DNA of 64,000 nt from Bdellovibrio sp. (GTDB lineage: Bacteria > Bdellovibrionota > Bdellovibrionia > Bdellovibrionales > Bdellovibrionaceae), in NCBI GenBank assembly GCA_036676395.1, contig JAKFCY010000002.1, forward strand, positions 928,001 to 992,000. Direction: 5' to 3'. The stretch's first letter is position 1. Each line of letters starts with the position of its first letter. A program made the translations under genes and the position numbers. Under the pieces are notes generated by a model. It did not search any database and was not told the origin of the DNA. It was given only the letters and a program-made list of their open reading frames with translations. Shown here piece after piece: positions 48,374-57,314 of this stretch.

Positions 48374-49062
48374 TGTCTATTGTAAATGTGATTTTTGAGA
48401 ACAGCGATTTTATCGCCTGTGATAAACCAGCAGGCGTGTTAAGTGTGCCTGACCGTCATAAATCGGATCGTCCATGCTTAGGTTTAGAGCTGCAAAAACA
48501 AAAGGGCATTCAAATTTATCCGGTGCACCGTTTAGATCTAGAAGTAAGCGGCTTAATTCTTTTTGCCAAAAATTCTCGCGGCCACAAGGCTTCGCAAGAT
48601 TGGTTTTCTAAAAAGCTCTTACAGAAAAAATATAAAGCTTTAACGTTAAAACAAGATTTCATGCATTGGCCAGAAAATGTGAAAGCTGCGCGTGAAACCT
48701 TAACTTTAAAACCAGGATCTGAGTTTCTATGGAAGATGAACATCTTGCGTGGCAAAAGAAGGTCTTTTGAATCACCTCACGGTGACCCAGCTGAAACTAA
48801 AGCTATATATAGAGGTGAGCGTGGTGAATTTCTTGAATGGGATATGTATCCTATCACCGGGCGTTCACATCAGCTTAGGTTAGAACTAAGTCGCCACGGA
48901 TTTCCTATCGTGGGTGATGAATTATATGGGTCTAAAGTTAGTCTAAATGCTTTGCAATGGCCCTTTGGGCCTCTGGCTTTAAGAGCAATTGAAATCACTT
49001 TTAATGAGCAAATTTGTTCAGATTTTGATTTTCCTTTTGTACTATCAGCTACTTATCTTTAA
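48373..49062 (+). CDS. RluA-family pseudouridine synthase
   Basis: DKPAG, VHRLD, TGRSHQLR, PIVGDELYG. Confidence 0.92.
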   Translation: MSIVNVIFENSDFIACDKPAGVLSVPDRHKSDRPCLGLELQKQKGIQIYPVHRLDLEVSGLILFAKNSRGHKASQDWFSKKLLQKKYKALTLKQDFMHWPENVKAARETLTLKPGSEFLWKMNILRGKRRSFESPHGDPAETKAIYRGERGEFLEWDMYPITGRSHQLRLELSRHGFPIVGDELYGSKVSLNALQWPFGPLALRAIEITFNEQICSDFDFPFVLSATYL

Positions 49063-49140
49063 GTAAGATCATTTCACTTTTACGCGCTGCGTTTGCGGGA
49101 GCACTTTTCTTGTAAAAGTCTGCAATATTTACTTTTCAGA

Positions 49141-49210
49141 TGGTTCCAATCTGGGTACAAGTAGTTCGTCTCTGGAACCACCAGAGACATTACACCCATG
49201 AAGGGGGTTA
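49141..49210 (+). promoter_or_regulatory. structured 5' leader with mutually exclusive hairpins
   Basis: TGGTTCCA/TGGAACCA competes with GTCTCTGG/CCAGAGAC; anti-SD ACCC lies next to the GGGGG SD. Confidence 0.45.
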
Positions 49211-49213
49211 TCA

Positions 49214-49981
49214 ATGAAAGCATTAGTGAAATTAACAGTAGCAGCATTGTCTTTCGCAGTTATCATCGGAGCGCAAACTGCAAAAGCTGACAACGATATC
49301 GAAAAAATCATCGGTAAGAATGATTTAATCGCGGTAGACGCTGAAGCAACAAACATCCCAGTTAAATATAAACGTTTAGTGGATGCATTTGGTAAATTAG
49401 GTATGGGCTGTACAGCAACTCATATCGGTGGTGGTTATGTATTAACAGCAGGTCACTGTTTTTGGGCTGGCGAAAAAGCTATCGAAAATCAAGACTGCCC
49501 TGGGGCTGAGAACGAAATCCAATGGGGTTTTCGTGAAGGCAAAGAACCTTATTTAGTTTCTAAATGTGAAAAAATCATCATGGCTCAAAGAACTGGAAAA
49601 ATGGACTACGCTTTATTGAAAGTTAGCCCAGTACCTCCGGTTTTTGTAAAAGCTGATTGGTATAAACGTGCAAAAGTCGGAACAAAAGTAACGATCTTCT
49701 CTCACCCAGAAGAATTACCGCTACGTTGGTCACAGCTTTGCAAAGTTCAAAAAGTAGCTGATGCTGATTTTGATCAGGCTTTAATTCACCATATCTGCGA
49801 TACAAACCCAGGTTCATCTGGTGCAACAATCATCGACGCTTACGCACTTAAAGTGGTAGGTATTCATGATGGTGGTCGCGCAGACGGTAATGGTGGTGGT
49901 TTAAACTACGGCACTTATATCTACGACACGCCACTTCGTAAAATTTTAACTTCATTAAATATCTATAGCCAAAAACCATAG
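49214..49981 (+). CDS. secreted trypsin-like (V8/S1B-type) serine protease
   Basis: Signal peptide, LTAGHC, DYAL, DTNPGSSG. Confidence 0.92.
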   Translation: MKALVKLTVAALSFAVIIGAQTAKADNDIEKIIGKNDLIAVDAEATNIPVKYKRLVDAFGKLGMGCTATHIGGGYVLTAGHCFWAGEKAIENQDCPGAENEIQWGFREGKEPYLVSKCEKIIMAQRTGKMDYALLKVSPVPPVFVKADWYKRAKVGTKVTIFSHPEELPLRWSQLCKVQKVADADFDQALIHHICDTNPGSSGATIIDAYALKVVGIHDGGRADGNGGGLNYGTYIYDTPLRKILTSLNIYSQKP

Positions 49982-49991
49982 GAATTTTTCG

Positions 49992-50681
49992 ATGAAGAAT
50001 GTCTTTCGCCTTCTATCAGCTTTATTGTTGTGTGGTTGCATTCATGCAACTGCGCAAGACTCAAAAGTAAATGACAACTATCCTGATGCTTGGTGGGCTT
50101 ACGTACCCCCTAGTGAATTAAAAAGTTGGGAGATCGCACCACAGGCTGCCGATCGTTCTAAAGGCGATGTTATTCTTTCTAAACGTACTGAACTTGGAAT
50201 TTTTTCTAATTTATCTGAAGCCCATTTTGTACTTGATGGAATTCACTATGCCAGTGTTGAGGGGCTCTGGCAGGGGATGAAGTATCCAGAAGGGCCTAAC
50301 GACGAAAGATTGAAAGATCCTAGCGTTGTTTGGCCCTACACACGCGAGCAAGTTTATAAAATGTCAGGCTTTGAATCTAAAGCTGCCGGTGATGCGGCTA
50401 ATGCTAACATGAAAACATTAGGTATTAAGTGGATCACTTATAAAGGCAAAAAAGTTGAATACAAAACTGAAGCCGGAAAAATTGAACACTATAATATTAT
50501 CTACCGTGCCTCAGAGCAAAAAGTGTTGCAGAGCTCTCAAATCAAAACTTTATTATTACGTACGGGAACTTTAAAGTTTTTACCGGATCACACGCAGCAA
50601 CCTAATCCAGATCCAGCGTACTTATATTTTGATATTTTTATGAAAATCCGTTCTGGATTAGCTACAGCTTCTGCGCAGTAG
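49992..50681 (+). CDS. exported NADAR-family protein
   Basis: Signal/lipobox LLLCGC; FSNL..HFVLDGIHYASVEGLWQGMK, LLLRTG, MKIR. Confidence 0.7.
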   Translation: MKNVFRLLSALLLCGCIHATAQDSKVNDNYPDAWWAYVPPSELKSWEIAPQAADRSKGDVILSKRTELGIFSNLSEAHFVLDGIHYASVEGLWQGMKYPEGPNDERLKDPSVVWPYTREQVYKMSGFESKAAGDAANANMKTLGIKWITYKGKKVEYKTEAGKIEHYNIIYRASEQKVLQSSQIKTLLLRTGTLKFLPDHTQQPNPDPAYLYFDIFMKIRSGLATASAQ

Positions 50682-50939
50682 AATATAACAGCGCAGTAAA
50701 TTCGCTGCGCCAATTTCAAATTCAAACAAGTTTAAGCAAGACTTTCGACTGTGATAATTCGTGTCATTTCTATTCGATTTTATTTAATTTCACTGGCTCA
50801 AAGTATTAAAAACTAGACCATCGCCTAGTTTAATAATGGAACCAGTAATTCTTCTTAAAAATTTTAAACAAACGTAGAATGCTAGATTCACGACAAACGG
50901 ATTTGTTTACTTATAATACTCATTACGAGGGGAGAGTTT

Positions 50940-51749
50940 GTGTTAAAACCATTTAATGCACTTATCGTTACTGCTGTGATCGCAATTTCATCTGTTGCTA
51001 TCGCTAAACCTACATTATCAACGAAAATCGTTGGTGGTGAAAATGCTCTTAAGGGAGAAATTCCTTACATCGTTTCTTTACGTTCAAAAAGCTACGGCCA
51101 TTTTTGTGGCGGAAGTTTAATTGGTCAGAATTGGATCTTAACTGCGGCTCACTGTGTACGCGGTGGAACAATTGATGAAGTATGGATCGGAATGTTAGAT
51201 CAAAAAGATACAGCTGGTGTTGAAAAAATCAAACCTGCTAAAATCATTGCTCACGAAAAATATTCTTCTTCAACAATGGAAAATGACTTTGCTTTAATTA
51301 AATTAGCAACAAACTCTTCATTTGCTCCAGTAGCGCTGAATAATGTTGAAATTTCAATTGATGATTCAATTGATGCTGCACCGATCATGTCTATGACAGC
51401 TGGTTGGGGAGCGATTAAAGAAAGTAACTACTCATTACCTAATATGTTACAAAAAGTTAGCGTGCCATTAGTTAGCACTAATAACTGTAATGTTAAAGAA
51501 GCTTATGATGGCGACATCACAGATTCTATGATCTGCGCTGGTTACAAAACTGGTGGTAAAGATTCTTGCCAAGGAGACTCTGGTGGACCTTTATCAGTTA
51601 TCGATTCTGAAACTGGCGTACACACTTTAATCGGTGTTGTGAGCTGGGGTGAAGGTTGCGCTCGCGCTAACAAATACGGTGTTTACGCAAAAGTAAGCAA
51701 CGCTTATGAGTGGATCCAAACTAAAATCAACGCTTCATCTGAAGAATAG
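50940..51749 (+). CDS. secreted trypsin (S1A)
   Basis: IVGG, HFCGG, LTAAHC, DSCQGDSGGP, VSWGEGC. Confidence 0.95.
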   Translation: MLKPFNALIVTAVIAISSVAIAKPTLSTKIVGGENALKGEIPYIVSLRSKSYGHFCGGSLIGQNWILTAAHCVRGGTIDEVWIGMLDQKDTAGVEKIKPAKIIAHEKYSSSTMENDFALIKLATNSSFAPVALNNVEISIDDSIDAAPIMSMTAGWGAIKESNYSLPNMLQKVSVPLVSTNNCNVKEAYDGDITDSMICAGYKTGGKDSCQGDSGGPLSVIDSETGVHTLIGVVSWGEGCARANKYGVYAKVSNAYEWIQTKINASSEE

Positions 51750-51776
51750 TTTTTAGCCTTACATTCGAATAGAACG

Positions 51777-51807
51777 AAAAAAGCCGGATTCTTCCGGCTT
51801 TTTTTTT
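51777..51807. terminator. intrinsic terminator (probably bidirectional)
   Basis: AAAAAAGCCGGA-TTCT-TCCGGCTTTTTT. Confidence 0.88.
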
Positions 51808-51850
51808 AGGTAACAGTTCCCTTTCTGTACCCTTGTCTCAAAATGAGATG

Positions 51851-52057
51851 CTATAAATTTTCGGTATTACGATATTTCCAGATGAACAAGCTGAGCGATG
51901 CGACCGTAAAGGTGATCGCGGCCGCTAAGCCATAACCGTAACCTTCTTCAGGGTGTTCTGACATATTGATTCCAAAATACAGAACAAAGGCCTTGCCGAT
52001 AAGCGTGGGCCCTAAGAACGAACGGATAAAGTCTTTAAGCAGGGCTTTGCTGTTCAT
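51851..52057 (-). CDS. small two-TM membrane protein
   Basis: Two hydrophobic helices around PEEGYGYGL. Confidence 0.65.
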   Translation of the reverse strand: MNSKALLKDFIRSFLGPTLIGKAFVLYFGINMSEHPEEGYGYGLAAAITFTVASLSLFIWKYRNTENL

Positions 52058-52123
52058 GAGCTATTTATATGTCACTTCTTAACAGGGTGTAAAACAATTT
52101 TGCAGTCTGCGATTTTTTAAGCC

Positions 52124-52207
52124 GTCTCGGCGTGATACATCGATTTTTAATAATTACGTTATATCAATAACTTACGCTGAATACAGAAAGTTGGCCCTTA
52201 GGTTGCT
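52124..52207 (+). promoter_or_regulatory. sigma54 promoter with IHF site and putative upstream activator site
   Basis: TTGGCCCTTAGGTTGCT (52191-52207); IHF-like TATCAATAACTTA (52162-52174); imperfect palindrome GTCTC-N5-GATAC (52124-52138). Confidence 0.65.
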
Positions 52208-52236
52208 TTAATCAACTATGAAAAGGAAGAACAATT

Positions 52237-52650
52237 ATGAAAACATTAGTAACACTTTTAAAAATCGCGATGTTAGTAACAACATTATCGTTTGTAATGT
52301 CTTGTGATAAAAACAACAAGCGCTCAAACAATACAACTACGGCCTACGGTAACCAAATTTATACTTATGGTGCCAACGGACAATGTATCAATAACCAAAC
52401 TGGTCAGCAAATGCCGGTAACGTACTGTCAACAACAGTACAATAACGGTGGTGGTTACGGCCAACAACAATGTAATGGAAATCCTAACTTATATATCTGG
52501 TCATACGCGGATCAATCTTGCGCAAGCCAACCACAATACACAAATGGCCAGCAAATGTGTTGGAAAAGCTGTCAGTATACAAACTGTTCAGGTCAAATGG
52601 CTTACCCAGGTGGATCATCTAATCAACAACAAGGGTATCAGTGCTTATAA
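52237..52650 (+). CDS. Gln/Asn/Gly/Tyr- and Cys-rich lipoprotein
   Basis: Lipobox VMSC; eight further Cys; almost no charged residues after the N-terminus. Confidence 0.8.
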   Translation: MKTLVTLLKIAMLVTTLSFVMSCDKNNKRSNNTTTAYGNQIYTYGANGQCINNQTGQQMPVTYCQQQYNNGGGYGQQQCNGNPNLYIWSYADQSCASQPQYTNGQQMCWKSCQYTNCSGQMAYPGGSSNQQQGYQCL

Positions 52651-52698
52651 TTTCTTAGCTACTGATTCTTAGTTACTTAAACGTTAATTCATAATTGA

Positions 52699-52732
52699 AG
52701 AAGGCTTTGTGTTGATCACAAGGCCTTTTTTT
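52699..52732. terminator. intrinsic terminator
   Basis: AAGGCTTTGTG-TTGAT-CACAAGGCCTT followed by a T tract. Confidence 0.8.
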
Positions 52733-52757
52733 ATATTGCCGTTCCGGCATGCTATTA

Positions 52758-53165
52758 TTATAGGGCTTTGATCTGAGCGCAGATGTTTTTGATTTGGCTC
52801 ATGCATTTTTCACGATCAGCCATTTGAGTTTTAGCGGCTTTATCAGAAATCATTTGAATAGGGCGTTCGCGTTTTTCTAAAGCATAGGCGTAGATATCGC
52901 AGGTGCAGTCTTTATCACAAGTCTCGGCTCTTTGAGCTAAGATTTTAAAATCACCCTCATTAAGTTTTATGGTCTTTTCATCAATCAATGAATGTAAGGC
53001 TTGGCTTTTTTCTGAGACCTGTTGGCTTGAAAGCTTGCATGTGGGTTTGTCAATTTGAGCTAGCAGGGCATTTGAAAGCTGGGCCAGAGACTGTAACGTT
53101 CTGGCCTGAGCTGTTGTCGTAACTAAAAAAAGACTAAATATAGCATATATAATCGTAAGTTTCAT
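52758..53165 (-). CDS. secreted Cys-rich hypothetical protein coupled to the deacetylase
   Basis: ATG at 53165 directly after the upstream stop; signal peptide; CDKDCTCDIY. Confidence 0.7.
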   Translation of the reverse strand: MKLTIIYAIFSLFLVTTTAQARTLQSLAQLSNALLAQIDKPTCKLSSQQVSEKSQALHSLIDEKTIKLNEGDFKILAQRAETCDKDCTCDIYAYALEKRERPIQMISDKAAKTQMADREKCMSQIKNICAQIKAL

Positions 53166-53166
53166 C

Positions 53167-54618
53167 TTACGGAGTATGATAAGCTTTACCGCGAGACTCT
53201 TCAATTAATTTATGTAATGGTGCAATCGTGTACTTAGATTTTAAGTACTTAATCACCTTATCAGTAGCGATCACCGATTGGGGGTGAATATCGTGAAATA
53301 AAACGATACCGCGACCTAATGAATCAATTTGTTTTTTCGAACGTTGAAAAATTGATTCGGGATTTTTATCTTGCCAGTCTAAGGTGTCCACGTTCCAAGC
53401 AATGTGTAGCATGTTGTTTTTCGCGATCAAAGTGCGGATCGTGCCATTCATCGGGCCACAGGCGCCATAAGGGCAGCGATACATTGTCGGTTTTTCACCA
53501 ACGACTTTAGCAAAATCTGTAGAAGCTCTTGTGATCTCTTTATCTAGTCCTGAAGAACTTTGTTTTGGTAAGTTTGCATGCGTATATGAATGCGATGCGC
53601 GAGAAAATAAGGCGCTCTTCGTTTGTGGAATCGCAGGGTATTTAACAATGTTTTGTGCTTGCCAGAAAAATGTTCCGTGCACATTGTTGGCCGTTAAAGC
53701 ATTGACCATGCCTTGTGTATGTTTTGGCGCAGGGCCATCATCAAAAGTCATCGCCCATTTACCCATCGGGAAGCGGTTGCCGGTTACATGACCTTTGCCA
53801 TCCGGACTTGGATAAAGTTCATCTAAAGCTTGCGGTGTGCGAAAGCTATTGTTTGTGTTTAAGAATTCTTGTTCAGATTCATTCGAACGTTCTTTCAAAT
53901 ATTCGGTGAATTTATTTTCGATAAAAGTATCAAGATGAGTTTTCTTGCGATTGGCCACTAACCATTTTGAACGTTTGTGAGCTTCGGCAAGCATGGCTTG
54001 TGATGGTTTTAAGTAAGCCGCAAAAGACGGGGCTTTGACTTTAGCTTGTTCAGTGCCAAACTGCACATTCACATCATTTAGATTTTGTGCTAAAACGATA
54101 ATTGCAGATTTATCGCCTTTTTTCCAGGCTTCATCAACCCATTTTTTAACGTTAGCCACGATCCACTTACAAGATTTTTGGTAAGGTGAACCTTCAGTAT
54201 TAGCATGTTTTAAAGCTAAGTAATAAAGATCTAACATCTCATGCAGATTACGTTCTGAAAATTCCCAGGCGATTAAATTTTGAAAACGAATTTTTGTAAA
54301 CTCATTCACATCTTCAGTGGTTAATTGTTCGCCGATTTGTTTTTTGTTGTAGATCACATCTAATTTTTCATCAAATGAAAATAACAACTGTTGGGCGACA
54401 TAGAAAAAGCTTCTTTGGCGATCTAAGTAGTTGGCAAAATCACGTGATTTTTCGCCATCATTTGGATTAGACATTAATTTTTCAAATGTACGTAAGTTTT
54501 TTTGTTCTTCATCTTCATATTCGTATGAAGCTGTCGTTCTGGCTTCGTCTTTACGCCATGTCTGGCAAGAGAATGTAAATAGCAATGCTAATGCTGTAAA
54601 AATCTTCATTGATCTCAT
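53167..54618 (-). CDS. polysaccharide/peptidoglycan deacetylase (CE4) lipoprotein
   Basis: Lipobox TFSC; TFDDGP, SHSYTH, YRCPYG, WNVDTLDW, LFHD. Confidence 0.92.
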   Translation of the reverse strand: MRSMKIFTALALLFTFSCQTWRKDEARTTASYEYEDEEQKNLRTFEKLMSNPNDGEKSRDFANYLDRQRSFFYVAQQLLFSFDEKLDVIYNKKQIGEQLTTEDVNEFTKIRFQNLIAWEFSERNLHEMLDLYYLALKHANTEGSPYQKSCKWIVANVKKWVDEAWKKGDKSAIIVLAQNLNDVNVQFGTEQAKVKAPSFAAYLKPSQAMLAEAHKRSKWLVANRKKTHLDTFIENKFTEYLKERSNESEQEFLNTNNSFRTPQALDELYPSPDGKGHVTGNRFPMGKWAMTFDDGPAPKHTQGMVNALTANNVHGTFFWQAQNIVKYPAIPQTKSALFSRASHSYTHANLPKQSSSGLDKEITRASTDFAKVVGEKPTMYRCPYGACGPMNGTIRTLIAKNNMLHIAWNVDTLDWQDKNPESIFQRSKKQIDSLGRGIVLFHDIHPQSVIATDKVIKYLKSKYTIAPLHKLIEESRGKAYHTP

Positions 54619-54666
54619 TGAAAAGAGCTCCTTTTAGTTTATGTAATATTTTTATCTAACACGGCT

Positions 54667-54694
54667 TTATCGGCCATTTTACGGCAGGGCTAAA
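54667..54694 (-). promoter_or_regulatory. sigma28 (FliA)-like promoter for the deacetylase
   Basis: Minus strand TTTAG-N15-GCCGATAA with a perfect -10 element. Confidence 0.65.
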
Positions 54695-54797
54695 TGTAAC
54701 AATTCTGGCCTTAGTGATAGATTTAATTCCAAAAGAGTTTATCACGCGCAATATATTAGCCTTTAGGACTGGTCTTTATATTGTAGTCATCAGACGT

Positions 54798-55472
54798 ATG
54801 AAAACAATGATTGTAAAAACACTATTCACTTTTATTTTAACGACCTTAACTGCGGGTATGCTTCAGGCACAGACGGCTAAGCTGCACCCGACGATTTACT
54901 ATATTAAATCTATTGAAATGGATTCGCAAAACTGTAGCTCGAAAAAGACAATCTATTCAACGGCGGGTAAGGCCTTACATAAGGTGTGTGCAAACGACTA
55001 TAAGACCTGTGTGATCGAAGGCACGTGCGCCATCATCGATGACGAAACGACAGTGATTAATTATATCGAGCAAAAAGCGGGTGTGCCTTTATTTAAAGAA
55101 GTTGATAAAAATAAATGCCCTTATGGTTTAGGCGTTAAAAATATCTGTTTAGATCCTTACTACACCGTAGCCGCCGATCTAAAGTATCATAACCCGGGTG
55201 ATGTGATCTTTGTTGAAGAGATGAAGGGCACCAAGCTTCCGAATGGTGAAGTGCATGATGGCTTTTTTATTGTGCGTGATCGCGGCGGTGCGATTAAGGG
55301 GGCTAATCGTTTTGATTTTTACACTGGGCTTTTGCATTATAAAAATGAGGATAATCCATTTACATCGCTTGGATTTTCAAATGAAAAAGCGTCTTTTCCT
55401 TATAGAAAAGCGACGACGTCTGAAACTTTATCTGTAAAAAAATCGCGAAACTATCCGGGGCTGCCTTTATAG
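54798..55472 (+). CDS. secreted 3D-domain (MltA-like) protein
   Basis: TVAAD, DRGGAIKG.NRFDFYTG; signal peptide from the ATG at 54798. Confidence 0.85.
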   Translation: MKTMIVKTLFTFILTTLTAGMLQAQTAKLHPTIYYIKSIEMDSQNCSSKKTIYSTAGKALHKVCANDYKTCVIEGTCAIIDDETTVINYIEQKAGVPLFKEVDKNKCPYGLGVKNICLDPYYTVAADLKYHNPGDVIFVEEMKGTKLPNGEVHDGFFIVRDRGGAIKGANRFDFYTGLLHYKNEDNPFTSLGFSNEKASFPYRKATTSETLSVKKSRNYPGLPL

Positions 55473-57116
55473 TTAAAGGGCGCCCGAATTGATTTCAAGA
55501 TATGCCGGTTTTGACCAGTCAGAAACTTGTTCTTTGTCTTCGCCAGATTCAGCGCGAACACGCCAGAAATATTGACCAGCAGGGATGTTCTCTTGAACTA
55601 GAACCTTGTTCTTGTTGGTTGAATAAGATTTAAATAAATTCGAGAAATTTTCGTCTTTGGCAATCTCAACGCGGAAGGTGTCTGATTTTTTGTTTTCAGG
55701 TGCCATCCATTTTAACCAGATGTATTTGCCTAAACCTTTTTGAAAGAAAAACTGTAAGCTTGAAGCTGTTTTTTCAATCACCGGTGTTTTCATATCAAAT
55801 AGACGGTTATAGATCACTTCGCCGAACTTACTTGTTGAGCTGATTTTGCGCTCAGCTTTGCTGTAAGCAGAAACACGGTACTTATATTGGCCTTGCCCTG
55901 GAATTTTAATCGCAGAAGCGGGTTCGCGAGTAGTGTAAGAAGTCGCATTTGAGAAATCGCCATCTTTAGTGTCGACTTCAACAACGTATTTATCTGCATT
56001 CGGTACATCAGTCCATTTAACATTAAACTTTTTCGCAGGGCCTATATCTTTTGAGCTTTTCGCGATGTAATCGTAAACGATTTTGTCGCTTTTAATTTTA
56101 ATAGAAGGGTAGACTAATTCAATTTGTCCGGTTTGCGAATATTCGCTGGTCGCATTGTTATTACCCACTGATTTTAAGCGGTAATAAACTTGATCACCTG
56201 TAAGATTTTCGATTTTAGAAATTGAAGCCGGAGTGCGTGAAACCACAGGGTTTGTGAACTCTGGGTTATCAGCTGTTTCTAAGATATATTCTTTAGCGTT
56301 TTCAGCTTTTACCCACGAGGCTGCGGGGATTTTATCTTTAGCAACGATGATACGCGCTTTTTGTCTAAGTAATTGCGGCGGAAGAAGCGGCTTAGTTTCG
56401 GCTTCGATCTTTTTTTGCACTTCTTCGGGTTTCATTTCGTTAATTTTTGCAACTTCTACAGCTGGAAGCGATTCTAATTTAACGATGGCTTCATTAATAA
56501 TAGGCTTATCGATTAATTTAACAATCGGAGGCGGGGCTACGATAAGTTCTTTATTTTTAGTAACAACTTTATCGTTAACTTTAACTTCACCTTTTTTAGT
56601 TTTAACCTGGATTTTACCGCATTCAGAAGATTTACCGATCTCTAGATCAGTGTCACCTTTTGCTGATTGGATATCTAATGATTTACCGCAGTCGTCTAAA
56701 ACTAACTTAGCCGGTAAATTTTGTGATTTAATAGAACCGTATTGTAAATTAAGTTTAACTTTGTCACCTTCGGTTTTGAACTTGATTAATGAGTTCGCGC
56801 CAATAGTGATTGAAGTGCCGTCTTCGAAGTTAACAACAATAGATGAATCAGGGCCCACGAATAAACTATCACCCTGAACAATAGAATCATCACTGCGGGC
56901 GTTTTCCCAAAAAATATTTTTAGTACCACGCAAACGAACGTCAGATTCAACCGTAGAAACTACACCGATCTCATCGCCCGAAGCAGATCTTCCGCCGATA
57001 TTAAAGAATGAAAAATCAGTGTGAAGGGCATAAAAGCCGATCAACAGTCCGATCACGCAGACGTATATCGTTATTGAGTCTTCTTTAAAGAATTTTTCAA
57101 ACTTCTGAAATTTCAT
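55473..57116 (-). CDS. FecR-like domain protein with FN3-like repeats
   Basis: N-terminal TM; GDSLFVGPDS...F.DGT.I.IGANS; repeated W...Y..E.A.D..F...Y.WRV units. Confidence 0.75.
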   Translation of the reverse strand: MKFQKFEKFFKEDSITIYVCVIGLLIGFYALHTDFSFFNIGGRSASGDEIGVVSTVESDVRLRGTKNIFWENARSDDSIVQGDSLFVGPDSSIVVNFEDGTSITIGANSLIKFKTEGDKVKLNLQYGSIKSQNLPAKLVLDDCGKSLDIQSAKGDTDLEIGKSSECGKIQVKTKKGEVKVNDKVVTKNKELIVAPPPIVKLIDKPIINEAIVKLESLPAVEVAKINEMKPEEVQKKIEAETKPLLPPQLLRQKARIIVAKDKIPAASWVKAENAKEYILETADNPEFTNPVVSRTPASISKIENLTGDQVYYRLKSVGNNNATSEYSQTGQIELVYPSIKIKSDKIVYDYIAKSSKDIGPAKKFNVKWTDVPNADKYVVEVDTKDGDFSNATSYTTREPASAIKIPGQGQYKYRVSAYSKAERKISSTSKFGEVIYNRLFDMKTPVIEKTASSLQFFFQKGLGKYIWLKWMAPENKKSDTFRVEIAKDENFSNLFKSYSTNKNKVLVQENIPAGQYFWRVRAESGEDKEQVSDWSKPAYLEINSGAL

Positions 57117-57123
57117 GTGTATA

Positions 57124-57151
57124 TTATCGACACGAATGCTTCATTTCATAA
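57124..57151 (-). promoter_or_regulatory. sigma28-like promoter
   Basis: Minus strand TTATG-N15-GTCGATAA, 7 nt before the ATG. Confidence 0.55.
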
Positions 57152-57279
57152 TAGCCTTTAGGCCAGTATTGATTATATTTTCTCTTGTTTATATATAGAT
57201 GGGTGAAGCCCAGACCTGAGCATTGGTCCAATTTTAGACACTTTGGCGCCCCAAAAGGTGTAAACTTTTAATAATATTT

Positions 57280-57307
57280 TAAAGTCCAATATATGAGGCT
57301 CCGAGAA
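57280..57307 (+). promoter_or_regulatory. sigma28-like promoter
   Basis: TAAAG-N15-TCCGAGAA, 7 nt before the GTG. Confidence 0.5.
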
Positions 57308-57314
57308 GGTTAAC

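Noticed and set aside
56233..56877. 214-aa plus-strand ORF
   Set aside because: Antisense shadow of the FecR-like gene with S/I/L-rich composition; the many other 60-130 aa overlapping ORFs were rejected for the same reason.
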